40,433 nucleotides of DNA from Nanobdellota archaeon (lineage in GTDB: Archaea; Nanobdellota; Nanobdellia; Woesearchaeales; JAHWHD01): NCBI GenBank assembly GCA_034722435.1, contig JAYENX010000028.1, forward strand, positions 1 to 40,433, given 5' to 3'. Positions 1 through 9,338 of this stretch are shown here, piece after piece; position 1 is the first letter of the stretch, and every line of letters starts with the position of its first letter. A model generated the notes under the pieces. That model searched no databases and was not told the origin of the DNA. It saw only the letters and a program-made list of their open reading frames with translations. Position numbers and translations under genes: made by a program.

Positions 1-136
1 GAAAAAAAAGTTTAAAAAATTAAAGATTTTGATTATATGTTGGAAAGTACATTTTGAAGAATACGTTTTTAGAATATGAAATTAATAATATTTAATTTTT
101 TTTTCTAATTGAACAACACGTTAAAGATTTTTGAGA

Positions 137-157
137 GTTCCACAGGAAACTTAGGGG
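137..157 (+). promoter_or_regulatory. Origin recognition box (ORB), candidate oriC upstream of cdc6/orc1
   Basis: GTTCCACAGGAAACTTAGGGG fits the archaeal ORB pattern (TTCCA-nnn-GAAAC dyad followed by a G-string). It lies about 80 bp upstream of cdc6, next to a very AT-rich tract (about 60-120). Confidence 0.8.
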
Positions 158-186
158 TAGGAGTTATTGAAAGCAAATGTTTATAT

Positions 187-207
187 ACCTTCACTTCTCT
201 TGGAAAT
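187..207 (-). promoter_or_regulatory. Degenerate inverted ORB-like element
   Basis: Minus strand reads ATTTCCAAGAGAAGTGAAGGT. It keeps the TTCCAnnnGAA spacing and a short G-run and is inverted relative to the 137-157 box. Confidence 0.45.
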
Positions 208-238
208 TTGTTAAATTTTAATTTGAGGGGTGGTTTTA

Positions 239-1444
239 ATGGTAAAAGCAGGATTGAATGATTTCTTTGAGTCTTATTTGAAAAAAGAACCTTTATTTAA
301 AAATAAAAAAGTATTACAATCTAATTATACTCCTGAAGCATTGGCTCATAGAGATGAACAAGTTCAACAAATTGCCGATATAATGGCTCCATCTCTTAGA
401 CTTGATAAACCTTCTAATCTTTTTATTTATGGTAAAACTGGTACTGGTAAAACTGTTACAGTGAAATTCACAACAAGTCAAATAATGGAAGTTGCAGAAA
501 GAAGAAATATTCCGATAAAAGTTTTATACATTAATTGTAAATTAAAAAGAGTGGCGGATACCGAATATAGGTTAATAGCTGAATTAACAAGACATTTTGG
601 AAAAGATATTCCTGCAACAGGTCTTCCAACTGATGAAGTTTATAAATATTTTTTTAATGCGGTTGATGAAAAAGAACAATTATTGATACTTATTTTAGAT
701 GAAATTGACCAATTAGTAAAAAAAGCAGGAGATGAAATTCTTTATACTATAACTAGAATGAATTCAGAATTGACTCAAAGTCAGGTAGCTATTATAGGAA
801 TTTCGAATGATTTGGTGTTTGTTGATCATTTAGATCCTAGAGTGAAAAGTTCTCTTTCAGAAGAAGAGATTGTTTTTCCACCTTATAATGCATTACAAAT
901 TCAAGATATTCTTAGAGAAAGGGCAACAAAAGCTTTCAAAGAAACTATACTTGAATCTGGTGTGATAGAAAAGTGTGCAGCTTATGCTGCTAGAGAACAT
1001 GGAGATGCAAGAAGAGCTTTAGAATTGTTAAGAGTTGCAGGGGAAATTGCTGAACGAAAATGTTGTAATACGGTTCAAATTTCACATATTGATGATGCAG
1101 AAGAAAAAATAGAGAGAGATAGGTTGGTAGATATTGTTACAACACAGCCCAGACAACATCAAGCAACACTTTTTTCTATACTTTCATTATCGAATAAAGG
1201 TTCTAATATGATTTTTACAGGTGAAGTTTATGAAATTTATAAAAATATTTGTAGTGATACTAATTTAAGGCCTTTGACTCAGAGAAGGGTTTCTGATGTA
1301 ATTGGTGAACTTGATATGCTTGGTATAATAAATGCTAAAGTAATATCTAAAGGTAGATATGGTCGAACGCGAGAGATTTCGTTAGCAATACCTCATTCTA
1401 CAATTCCAAAAGTACAAAAAATTTTGCAGGATGCTTTATTTTAA
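239..1444 (+). CDS. cdc6: Orc1/Cdc6 replication initiator (AAA+ and winged helix)
   Basis: Walker A GKTGTGKT, Walker B ILILDEID, HGDARRAL, C-terminal wH GRYGRTREI. ATG at 239 is preferred over GTG at 230 because GAGGGGTG (SD-like) sits at 225-232. Confidence 0.97.
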   Translation: MVKAGLNDFFESYLKKEPLFKNKKVLQSNYTPEALAHRDEQVQQIADIMAPSLRLDKPSNLFIYGKTGTGKTVTVKFTTSQIMEVAERRNIPIKVLYINCKLKRVADTEYRLIAELTRHFGKDIPATGLPTDEVYKYFFNAVDEKEQLLILILDEIDQLVKKAGDEILYTITRMNSELTQSQVAIIGISNDLVFVDHLDPRVKSSLSEEEIVFPPYNALQIQDILRERATKAFKETILESGVIEKCAAYAAREHGDARRALELLRVAGEIAERKCCNTVQISHIDDAEEKIERDRLVDIVTTQPRQHQATLFSILSLSNKGSNMIFTGEVYEIYKNICSDTNLRPLTQRRVSDVIGELDMLGIINAKVISKGRYGRTREISLAIPHSTIPKVQKILQDALF

Positions 1445-1450
1445 ATAAAA

Positions 1451-3043
1451 ATGGATGTGTTATCAAAAAAGAAACAAATAATTGATTTTTTTTTAAAGCA
1501 AAATATTTTGGTGAGTAATGATTTTCTAAATAAATTAGATTTTTCAAAAGATTTAGGCGAGGTTGGAGATATTTTGAAGACTTCTCCCGATATTTTAATT
1601 TTGAATCCTGATATTGATAAATTAGATTTTAAGGAGAAAAAAGATATTAATTGGAAAGAATTTGAAAAGTCAAAAGCATTTTTAGAGAAAGGAAAAAATT
1701 CTTCTTCTTATGATAAATTTTTAGATTATATACATACTGAAAAACCATTAGTTAAGACTGAAGAGGAGGGTGTTAAAGATGAAAGTGTTAAAGTTATTTA
1801 TTCTTATGATAAACCCCCTAAAAAAAGACAGATTCAAGACTTTGTTAAATATTTCGGTTTAAGATGTAAGGCTCTTGAAGGTATTCTTAAGAATAGACGA
1901 GATTTACAGAGTGTAAGTTCTATAAAACGTATTCTTGCTAAAAAAGAAAAAGAAACTATAGCTTTAATAGCCATTATTTCTGAAAAACGTATATCTAAAA
2001 ATAATAATATTATATTGACAGTTGAAGATTCTACAGGAACTATTAAAGTTGTTGTTAATAAAAATAAACCTGAATGGTTTGATATTGCAAAAGATTTAGT
2101 ATTGGATGAAGTTATAGGTGTTGTAGGTGTAAATAATGGTACTGTGGTATTTGCAAATAAACTTTTTTTACCAGATGTTCCTATACATCATGAATTAAAA
2201 AAGTCTCCAGATGAATGTTATGCTATGTTTATTGCAGATTTTCATTTCGGTAGTAATCTTTTTTTACATAAAGAATTTGATAGATTGATTAAATGGATAA
2301 ATGGTGAAGTAGGAAATGCTGAACAAAGAAAAGTAGCTTCTAAATTAAAATATATATTTGTTGCAGGGGATTTAGTGGAAGGGGTGGGTATTTATCCTGG
2401 TCAGGAAAATGATTTGGAGATTGAAGATATTTATTTACAATATGAAACTTTGGCGAAAATTCTTAAAAGGATACCTACACATATAAAAATAATAGTTTGT
2501 CCCGGAAATCACGACGCTATGAGGATTGCTGAACCTCAACCTCCACTTTATAAAGATTTTGCGAAATCTATTTGGGAACTTCCTAATGTAACATTAGTGA
2601 GTAATCCTTCAACAGTTAATATTCATTCTTCAGAAGACTTTTCTGGATTTGATGTCTTATTATATCATGGATTTAGTTTTCCTCATCTTGCAGATAATGT
2701 AGTTAGTATAAGACAATCCGGTGGTATGGAGAGGGCAGATCTTATAATGAAGTTTCTTCTTCAAAGACGACATTTAGCTCCTCCACATACTTCAAATCTT
2801 TCAATTCCTGATACAGAAGAAGATCCGTTAGTGATTTCAAAAATCCCTGATTTTTTTGTAACTGGACATATACATAGAACTACTGTTGCAAATTATAGAA
2901 ATATTACAATGCTTAATTGTTCTTGTTGGGTCTCTCAATCATCATTTCAAGCAAAAATGGGGATGATTCCTGAACCTGCAAGGGCTTTATTGGTGAATTT
3001 ACAAACAAGGCAAGTGAAAGTTTTGAAATTTGAAGGCAAATGA
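1451..3043 (+). CDS. polB: DNA polymerase D small subunit DP1 (proofreading exonuclease, calcineurin-like phosphoesterase with OB fold)
   Basis: Motifs DFHFGS, GDLVEGVGIYPGQ, PGNHD, YHG, GHIH; lies between cdc6 and DP2. Confidence 0.96.
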   Translation: MDVLSKKKQIIDFFLKQNILVSNDFLNKLDFSKDLGEVGDILKTSPDILILNPDIDKLDFKEKKDINWKEFEKSKAFLEKGKNSSSYDKFLDYIHTEKPLVKTEEEGVKDESVKVIYSYDKPPKKRQIQDFVKYFGLRCKALEGILKNRRDLQSVSSIKRILAKKEKETIALIAIISEKRISKNNNIILTVEDSTGTIKVVVNKNKPEWFDIAKDLVLDEVIGVVGVNNGTVVFANKLFLPDVPIHHELKKSPDECYAMFIADFHFGSNLFLHKEFDRLIKWINGEVGNAEQRKVASKLKYIFVAGDLVEGVGIYPGQENDLEIEDIYLQYETLAKILKRIPTHIKIIVCPGNHDAMRIAEPQPPLYKDFAKSIWELPNVTLVSNPSTVNIHSSEDFSGFDVLLYHGFSFPHLADNVVSIRQSGGMERADLIMKFLLQRRHLAPPHTSNLSIPDTEEDPLVISKIPDFFVTGHIHRTTVANYRNITMLNCSCWVSQSSFQAKMGMIPEPARALLVNLQTRQVKVLKFEGK

Positions 3044-6000
3044 TAGCAAGTAAAGACATGGAAAAGTATTTTGAAAGTTTAAATACTGGTATGAAAATTG
3101 CTTTTGATATAGCTACAGAAGCAAGAAAAAAAGGTCATGATCCTGACGATAAAGTGGAAGTAACCCTTGCTAAAAATATGGCGGAAAGAGTTGTAGGACT
3201 TATATCTGTAGTAGCTCCTCAAATTGTGGGGTCTGGTGTTGTAGAGAGAATTATTGAACTTGAAAAAGAACATGGTGTTCTTGATTGGAGAGTTGCTTTA
3301 CAAATTGCTTTAGAAGTTGCACAAGAAAAATTTTGTAAATTTAAAGAAAAAAAAGAGGCAATGGAAGTAGGAATAAGAACGGGCTTTGCATATGGAACTG
3401 TAGGGGTAGTGAGTTCTCCTCTTGAAGGATTTGTTAATCTCGATATAAGGCCGAGAAGAGATGGTAAGGGCGAATATTTTTGTATGAATTTTTCTGGTCC
3501 TATTAGAAATGCGGGCGGTACTGCTGCATCTTGGTCAGTTATTATTGCTGATTATGTTAGGGTACATATGGGTTATGCACCTTATGACCCTGATGAAAAA
3601 GAAGTTAAAAGAATATATACTGAAATTAGCGATTATCATAATAGAGTAACCAATCTTCAATATTTTCCATCAGAAGGAGAAACTGAGTTTTTAGGTTTGA
3701 ATCTTCCTATTGAAATTAGTGGAGATCCTTCTGAAAAGTTTGAAGTTTCAAATTATAAAGATCTTCCAAGAATCTCAACTAATCTTATTAGGAGTGGTTA
3801 TTGTCTTATACATTCAAGTTGTATACCTTTAAAAGCTCGTAAACTTTGGAAATTTTTAAGTAGATGGGGTGAAGATTTTGGTTTAGGTCATTGGAAATTT
3901 CTTGAAGAATTTATTAAGATTCAAAAGAAAGCAAAAGCTGCAGGTAATTCTAAGAAGAAAGATGATTCTGATGAAAGTAAACTTAAAGTTCCTCCAGATT
4001 ATACATTTATTAAAGATTTAGTTGCGGGTAGGCCTGTTTTTGCTCACCCTCTTGAAAAAGGCGGGTTCAGGTTAAGATATGGTAGGTCGCGAACTTCAGG
4101 ATATTCTGCACAATCTCTTCATCCCTCTACAATGTTCGTACTTAATGATTTTATAGCGATTGGAACGCAATTGAAAGTTGAGAGGCCTGGTAAAGGGGCT
4201 GCATTTACACCGTGTGATTTAATAGAAGGTCCGATTGTCAAATTAAAAGATGGTTCTGTTGTTTTTCTTGAAAATGAAGCATTGGCAAAGCAGTATAATA
4301 AACAAATAAAAGAAATTTTGTTTTTAGGCGATGCTTTAATTAATTATGGTGATTTTTTGAATAGAGCACATTCTCTTGTTCCTCCTGGTTATTGTGAAGA
4401 GTGGTGGGAACAGGAATTAGAGAAAGCTGCAGTTGATTTATTTGGCAATTTAGATGTTGAAAAGCTTCACGAATTTACAGGTGTTGATTTAGAAATTTTA
4501 TCTCAATTGTTAGAAAATCCTTATCGGAAAATATTGTCTAAAGATGCAATTATATTATCTAAAAAATTGAATATACCTTTACATCCGAGATATACTTATC
4601 ATTGGAAAGATATTTCTTTGGAACAGTTTAAAATTTTATGTAAATGGATTAAAACTGCAGATATAAAAAAAAATGGTGAGTTTATTGAAAAAATAATTCT
4701 TAAATTTGACGAAATACCTAAAAGAGTTATTGAGTTTTTAGGCATTCCTCATTTGGCTGTTAATAATGAATTTGTTGTTATAAAAAGTGATGTCGCACAG
4801 GGTTTTATGGCTAATTTAAATGATTTTAAGATTACTGATTCTATAATTGATACGTTTAAAGGGGATTCTGTTTTAGACTTGGTCAATGTACTTTCAAATA
4901 TTAAGATTCGTGATAAGTCTGGCATTTATATTGGTGGAAGGATGGGTCGTCCTGAGAAAGCAAAGATTAGAAGAATGACGGGAAATCCTCATGTTTTATT
5001 TCCTGTAGCTGAAGAAGGGGGAAGAATGAAAAGTTTTCAGGCTGCATTGGAGGTTGGGAAAGTACGTTCTGATTTTCCTATAAATAAATGTGAAGGTTGT
5101 GGTATTGAAACCGTCTATAAAATTTGTGATATCTGTGGCGGGAAGACAAAAAAAATGTTTTTTTGTAAAATTTGCGGAGTAATCGAATCGGAAGAATGCG
5201 AACATGGAAAAGCCTTTTCTTATAAAAGGCAAGATATTGATATTAAACGTTATTTTAATCATGCTCTTAAAATTTTAGATACTAAAACTTATCCTGATTT
5301 AATAAAAGGGGTGAAGGGTACGCGTAATAGGGAACATATTCCTGAACAACTTGTTAAAGGAATTCTTCGTGCTAAGCACGATATTTTTGTAAATAAAGAT
5401 GGAACTATAAGATATGATGCTAGTGAAATTCCTGTAACTCATTTTAAACCTAAAGAAGTTAGAACTTCAATAGAAAAACTTAAAGAGTTAGGTTATATTA
5501 AAGATATTAAAGGAAAACCTTTGGAAAACGATTGTCAAATATTGGAGATTAAACCTCAAGATGTAATTTTACCTTGTTGTCCTGATTCGCCCGATGAACC
5601 CGCGGATAATATTTTTTATCGTACAACTAAATATATTGATGAATTATTAGTTAAGTTATATGGTCTTGATCCATTTTATAATTTAAAATCAAAAGATGAT
5701 CTTGTAGGACACCTTATCATTGGTTTGGCTCCGCATACTAGTGCAGGCACGCTTGGAAGAATAATAGGTTTTTCGAAAACTCAAGGATTTTTTTCACATC
5801 CTTTGTTTCATGCTGCAATGAGGAGAGATTGCGATGGTGATGAATCTTGCTTTTTATTGTTGTTAGATACTTTTCTTAATTTTTCAAAATTATATCTTCC
5901 GCAGAGTAGGGGTTCAACAATGGATGCTCCGTTAGTATTGACTTCGATTTTAGCACCTGGTGAAGTTGATGATATGGCTTTTGATGTCGATATTGTTTGG

Positions 6001-6579
6001 AAATATCCTTTAGAATTTTATGAAGCGTGTATGGAGTATAAAATGCCTTGGGATATTGAAATAAAACAAATAAAAAATGTTCTTAACACGCCTCAACAAT
6101 ATGAAGGGATGGGATTTACACATGATACTGCAGATTTTAATGCAGGTGTACTCTGTTCAAGTTATAAAACCTTGCCGTCTATGCAAGATAAATTGGTTGG
6201 TCAGATGGATGTAGCAGTTAAAATCCGGGCAGTGGACGAATCCGATGTTGCTAGGTTAGTGATTGAAAAACATTTTATACGTGATACTAAAGGGAATTTA
6301 AGAAAGTTTTCAATGCAACAATTTAGGTGTGTTGGTTGTAACGCTAAATTTAGAAGACCCCCTTTGATAGGTAAATGTACAACTTGTGGAGGTAAAATAA
6401 TATTTACAATTGCAGAAGGTTCAGTAGTAAAATATCTTGAACCGTCTATAAGTTTAGCAAATAAGTATAATGTAACTACGTATCTTAAACAAACTTTGGA
6501 GTTAACAAAAAGAAGAGTTGAAGGGGTTTTTGGAAAAGAAAAAGAAATTCAATCAGGTTTAGGGCAGTGGTTTGGTTAA
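3040..6579 (+). CDS. polC: DNA polymerase D large subunit DP2 (no intein)
   Basis: AGGTAA, GRSRTSG, GRMGRPEKAK, catalytic RRDCDGDE, Zn fingers (CEGC/CDIC/CKIC and CVGC/CTTC). ATGA overlap with DP1. Confidence 0.98.
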   Translation: MIASKDMEKYFESLNTGMKIAFDIATEARKKGHDPDDKVEVTLAKNMAERVVGLISVVAPQIVGSGVVERIIELEKEHGVLDWRVALQIALEVAQEKFCKFKEKKEAMEVGIRTGFAYGTVGVVSSPLEGFVNLDIRPRRDGKGEYFCMNFSGPIRNAGGTAASWSVIIADYVRVHMGYAPYDPDEKEVKRIYTEISDYHNRVTNLQYFPSEGETEFLGLNLPIEISGDPSEKFEVSNYKDLPRISTNLIRSGYCLIHSSCIPLKARKLWKFLSRWGEDFGLGHWKFLEEFIKIQKKAKAAGNSKKKDDSDESKLKVPPDYTFIKDLVAGRPVFAHPLEKGGFRLRYGRSRTSGYSAQSLHPSTMFVLNDFIAIGTQLKVERPGKGAAFTPCDLIEGPIVKLKDGSVVFLENEALAKQYNKQIKEILFLGDALINYGDFLNRAHSLVPPGYCEEWWEQELEKAAVDLFGNLDVEKLHEFTGVDLEILSQLLENPYRKILSKDAIILSKKLNIPLHPRYTYHWKDISLEQFKILCKWIKTADIKKNGEFIEKIILKFDEIPKRVIEFLGIPHLAVNNEFVVIKSDVAQGFMANLNDFKITDSIIDTFKGDSVLDLVNVLSNIKIRDKSGIYIGGRMGRPEKAKIRRMTGNPHVLFPVAEEGGRMKSFQAALEVGKVRSDFPINKCEGCGIETVYKICDICGGKTKKMFFCKICGVIESEECEHGKAFSYKRQDIDIKRYFNHALKILDTKTYPDLIKGVKGTRNREHIPEQLVKGILRAKHDIFVNKDGTIRYDASEIPVTHFKPKEVRTSIEKLKELGYIKDIKGKPLENDCQILEIKPQDVILPCCPDSPDEPADNIFYRTTKYIDELLVKLYGLDPFYNLKSKDDLVGHLIIGLAPHTSAGTLGRIIGFSKTQGFFSHPLFHAAMRRDCDGDESCFLLLLDTFLNFSKLYLPQSRGSTMDAPLVLTSILAPGEVDDMAFDVDIVWKYPLEFYEACMEYKMPWDIEIKQIKNVLNTPQQYEGMGFTHDTADFNAGVLCSSYKTLPSMQDKLVGQMDVAVKIRAVDESDVARLVIEKHFIRDTKGNLRKFSMQQFRCVGCNAKFRRPPLIGKCTTCGGKIIFTIAEGSVVKYLEPSISLANKYNVTTYLKQTLELTKRRVEGVFGKEKEIQSGLGQWFG

Positions 6580-6875
6580 TCATCGCTTAAATATGGTTGT
6601 GCAATAGGAATTCCTGCTATTTTCATAATATTTTCTTTTGTTATTAAATTATTTTTTAGTGCAAATTCGATACTTTTTTCTCCAACAATGTTTAAAATAT
6701 TTGCACATTTTATAATTTCAAGACATTCATTTTCATCTTTTTCTTCTCCTTGATAAAAATTAGAAGTGAGATCTAGTTGTTTATTATCTTTCTCGAACTT
6801 TTTTCCTATTAAATCAGAGTCACAAATAGCAATTAATGTTTTTCCTTCTTGAGATTTATGTATTTTTATAATCAT
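6576..6875 (-). CDS. DUF424-family protein
   Basis: LIAICDSDLIGKKF, FYQGE, NIVGEKSI and IAGIPIAQ match my recollection of archaeal DUF424. Confidence 0.85.
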   Translation of the reverse strand: MIIKIHKSQEGKTLIAICDSDLIGKKFEKDNKQLDLTSNFYQGEEKDENECLEIIKCANILNIVGEKSIEFALKNNLITKENIMKIAGIPIAQPYLSDD

Positions 6876-6890
6876 TTTATTTCCTCTTGT

Positions 6891-7355
6891 TTAGCCAGTA
6901 TAAGATAATTTTATATTTTCTTGTTTTTGTTCTTTAATCCAACTTTTAGTTATTATATCCATACATATTTTCATATCTTTTTTTATATTTTGCCATTGAT
7001 TCCAAATTTCGTTTATGAATTTAGTAATATCTTTTTCTTTGGCAAAAGTTTCAAGAGTATATCCTTTATGAGCCAAATATAATAATTTTTTATAAAGTTG
7101 TAGAATTGTTTCTTTATCATTTTTTTCAATGTTGTTTGTTTCAACCATTGAATGAATTGTAGGTATTGGCGGATTTATGGCTGGTTCTAATAATCCTGCA
7201 AAATATCCTATTTTGTTGTTTATAGCTCTTGCAATATCTTTAAAATAAAAACCTTGTTTTGTATCTATCTTACCAATTTCGAATTCATCATTAAGATTTT
7301 TAAATTCGGGAAGATTGTATTTTTTTATATATTTAGAGAGTTCTTCTTTTTTCAT
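6891..7355 (-). CDS. Hypothetical helical protein
   Basis: Uninterrupted ORF. ATG at 7355 follows the aIF-2beta stop (7360) and avoids the 32-bp overlap implied by the 7391 start. Confidence 0.7.
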   Translation of the reverse strand: MKKEELSKYIKKYNLPEFKNLNDEFEIGKIDTKQGFYFKDIARAINNKIGYFAGLLEPAINPPIPTIHSMVETNNIEKNDKETILQLYKKLLYLAHKGYTLETFAKEKDITKFINEIWNQWQNIKKDMKICMDIITKSWIKEQKQENIKLSYTG

Positions 7356-7359
7356 ATTT

Positions 7360-7764
7360 CTAAAGTTTTTTAATAGGATATTTAGCTCCACATGCTAAAC
7401 ATCTAAGGAATGTGGCGTTGTTTTCAATAATTATTTTTGTATCAGGTTTGCCGCAGTCAAAACAAAGTACAAATTCTTTAGCATATTTTGATATTTTTTC
7501 ATTGATAGTAGATGCTGCAAATTTACTTCCTAAAATCATTAAGTTTCCTTTTCTAGTTATCGGTGTTGCTAATTCTTTAGAAAGAAACTTAATTATATGT
7601 TCAGGTTTTCGTCTAAAAAGATCTGCAATTTGGAAGAAATTACTAATTACTGTTTTGTTACCTTGTAAATGCCCTCTTACTTTAGGAATTTCAAAACGTT
7701 CTTTTACAAGAACGGATTCAGGTAGCTCTTTTCGAGCTTTTTCTAACATCTTTTTGTAATCCAT
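7360..7764 (-). CDS. eif2b: Translation initiation factor aIF-2 beta subunit
   Basis: ERFEIP, GNKTVISNF, KFLSKELAT, Zn ribbon CFDCGKPDT...CLACGA. Confidence 0.96.
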   Translation of the reverse strand: MDYKKMLEKARKELPESVLVKERFEIPKVRGHLQGNKTVISNFFQIADLFRRKPEHIIKFLSKELATPITRKGNLMILGSKFAASTINEKISKYAKEFVLCFDCGKPDTKIIIENNATFLRCLACGAKYPIKKL

Positions 7765-7880
7765 TGCAAATTTTAAGAAAAGTACTTCATATATAAACTT
7801 AATGTATTCTCCATTAATGTATTTTTATAATTGTTAAATTAGTAAAGTTTTTAAATAGAAAAACCTATTTTTAAGTTGAT

Positions 7881-8708
7881 ATGGTTATAGAGTCGTTGAT
7901 AAATCCTTTTAAGGCACAGAGAAAACCTTGGATTATGATGGTAGTGGGTTTTTTTTATTCAACAATTGCAATTTTTCTTTCATTATGGATTTTTAAAGAT
8001 CATGCAGATTTAGTGATGGTTTTTTTTACAGTTATGGCGTGTATGCCTTTTTTTTATTTTACTGTAAAGAACGAAGAGAAAAATTCTGGAAAATATACCT
8101 CTGAAAAAAAGTTACTCAAGTCACATTCAACTGCGTTATTTTCTTTAATTTATCTTTTTATTGGTACAGTTTTTGCTTTTAGTTTTTGGTATGTTGCATT
8201 TCCTGTAAGTTTAACTAATTCGTTATTTGCTATACAAACGAAAACTATTTTATCAATAAATAATCAGATTGCAGGAAGTTATGTTCAACCTTTTAGTTCT
8301 TTTACGAGAATATTTTTTAATAATGTTAAAGTTTTAACTTTTTGTATTTTGTTTGCATTTATATATGGTTTAGGCGCTGTTTTTATTCTTACATGGAATG
8401 CTTCAGTAATTGCTGTAGCTATAGGCAATTTTATTAAATCTCATTTAAGTACTAATTCTGGTGCGTATTTTCAGGCAGTTTCTTTAGGTTTAACTCGTTA
8501 TATGATACATGGCATTCCTGAAATTGCCGCATATTTTATAGGGGGTTTAGCAGGCGGTGTAGTTTCTGTGGCTGTGATTAAACATTCTATAGGTACTAGA
8601 AGATTTGAGAAAACTTTGTTAGATTCTTCAAGTTTAATTATTTTATCTATATTAATACTTTTAGTTGCTGCTTTAATTGAAGTTTATATAACTCCTGCAT
8701 TATTCTAG
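7881..8708 (+). CDS. Stage II sporulation protein M (SpoIIM)-like integral membrane protein
   Basis: Multiple TM segments; IFFNN, LTWNASVI and HGIPEI motifs typical of the SpoIIM/DUF95 family. Confidence 0.8.
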   Translation: MVIESLINPFKAQRKPWIMMVVGFFYSTIAIFLSLWIFKDHADLVMVFFTVMACMPFFYFTVKNEEKNSGKYTSEKKLLKSHSTALFSLIYLFIGTVFAFSFWYVAFPVSLTNSLFAIQTKTILSINNQIAGSYVQPFSSFTRIFFNNVKVLTFCILFAFIYGLGAVFILTWNASVIAVAIGNFIKSHLSTNSGAYFQAVSLGLTRYMIHGIPEIAAYFIGGLAGGVVSVAVIKHSIGTRRFEKTLLDSSSLIILSILILLVAALIEVYITPALF

Positions 8709-9338
8709 AACTTTGAGTTTTCCTGGTTTTAATTCAAATATTTCTCCATTCATAAGAAGGTTGTTAATGGTTTGTTCATTACTAAGTTTAACTATTTCTT
8801 GGAAATCTGCACCGTCGCCATTATCGAGTTCTTTAATTTTTTCAAGAATTGGGTCTATTTCATTATTTGATTTTTTTTCTGGGGTTTCAGTATCTTTTTT
8901 AATTAATTCAGGGTTTATTTTTTCTTCTTGAATTTTAGTTTCAATTTCGCCTAGTTCTAATTTTCTGACTATTAACCATTTAGTATTATTTATTTTTTTA
9001 ATAATTTCAGGAACTATGTATTTTTCATCATTATACGTACGCACTTTTCCAATTATTTGTATGATATCTCCAACTTTTAAACCTTTAAAATAATTTATTT
9101 CGTTAAAACTTCTTATAGCGATTTCTGCACTCCCATCATCAACATATATAAATTGTTGGATGTCGTCTTCTTTAGAAATGTTGATTATTGTTGAAATTAT
9201 GTTTAATCTTGATATTTTTTTATTTTTTTGAGTTAAAATATAGTTAGGAGTCCAACCTTCTTCAACAAAATATTTTCCTCTAATAATATCTATTATCCAA
9301 GTTTTAAATGCTGTTTGTCTTTGTTGTTGTTCTGCCAT
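8700..9338 (-). CDS. OB-fold nucleic-acid-binding protein with C-terminal winged helix (RPA2/RPA32-like)
   Basis: VDDGSAEI...VGDIIQIIGKVRTY...YIVPEII OB pattern, acidic linker, LLMNGEIFELKPGKLK wH tail. Its ATG directly abuts the MCM stop (TAAATG). Confidence 0.75.
   Translation of the reverse strand: MAEQQQRQTAFKTWIIDIIRGKYFVEEGWTPNYILTQKNKKISRLNIISTIINISKEDDIQQFIYVDDGSAEIAIRSFNEINYFKGLKVGDIIQIIGKVRTYNDEKYIVPEIIKKINNTKWLIVRKLELGEIETKIQEEKINPELIKKDTETPEKKSNNEIDPILEKIKELDNGDGADFQEIVKLSNEQTINNLLMNGEIFELKPGKLKVLE

Noticed and set aside
30-47. TGGAAAG at 41-47 as a third ORB
   Set aside because: The reverse complement TTTCCAACATATAA lacks the GAA half-site and G-string.
5800-5860. Possible intein in DP2 near the catalytic motif, or in MCM/Cdc6 Walker A
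   Set aside because: Motifs are contiguous (HAAMRRDCDGDE, GDPGAGKSQ) and protein lengths are normal.
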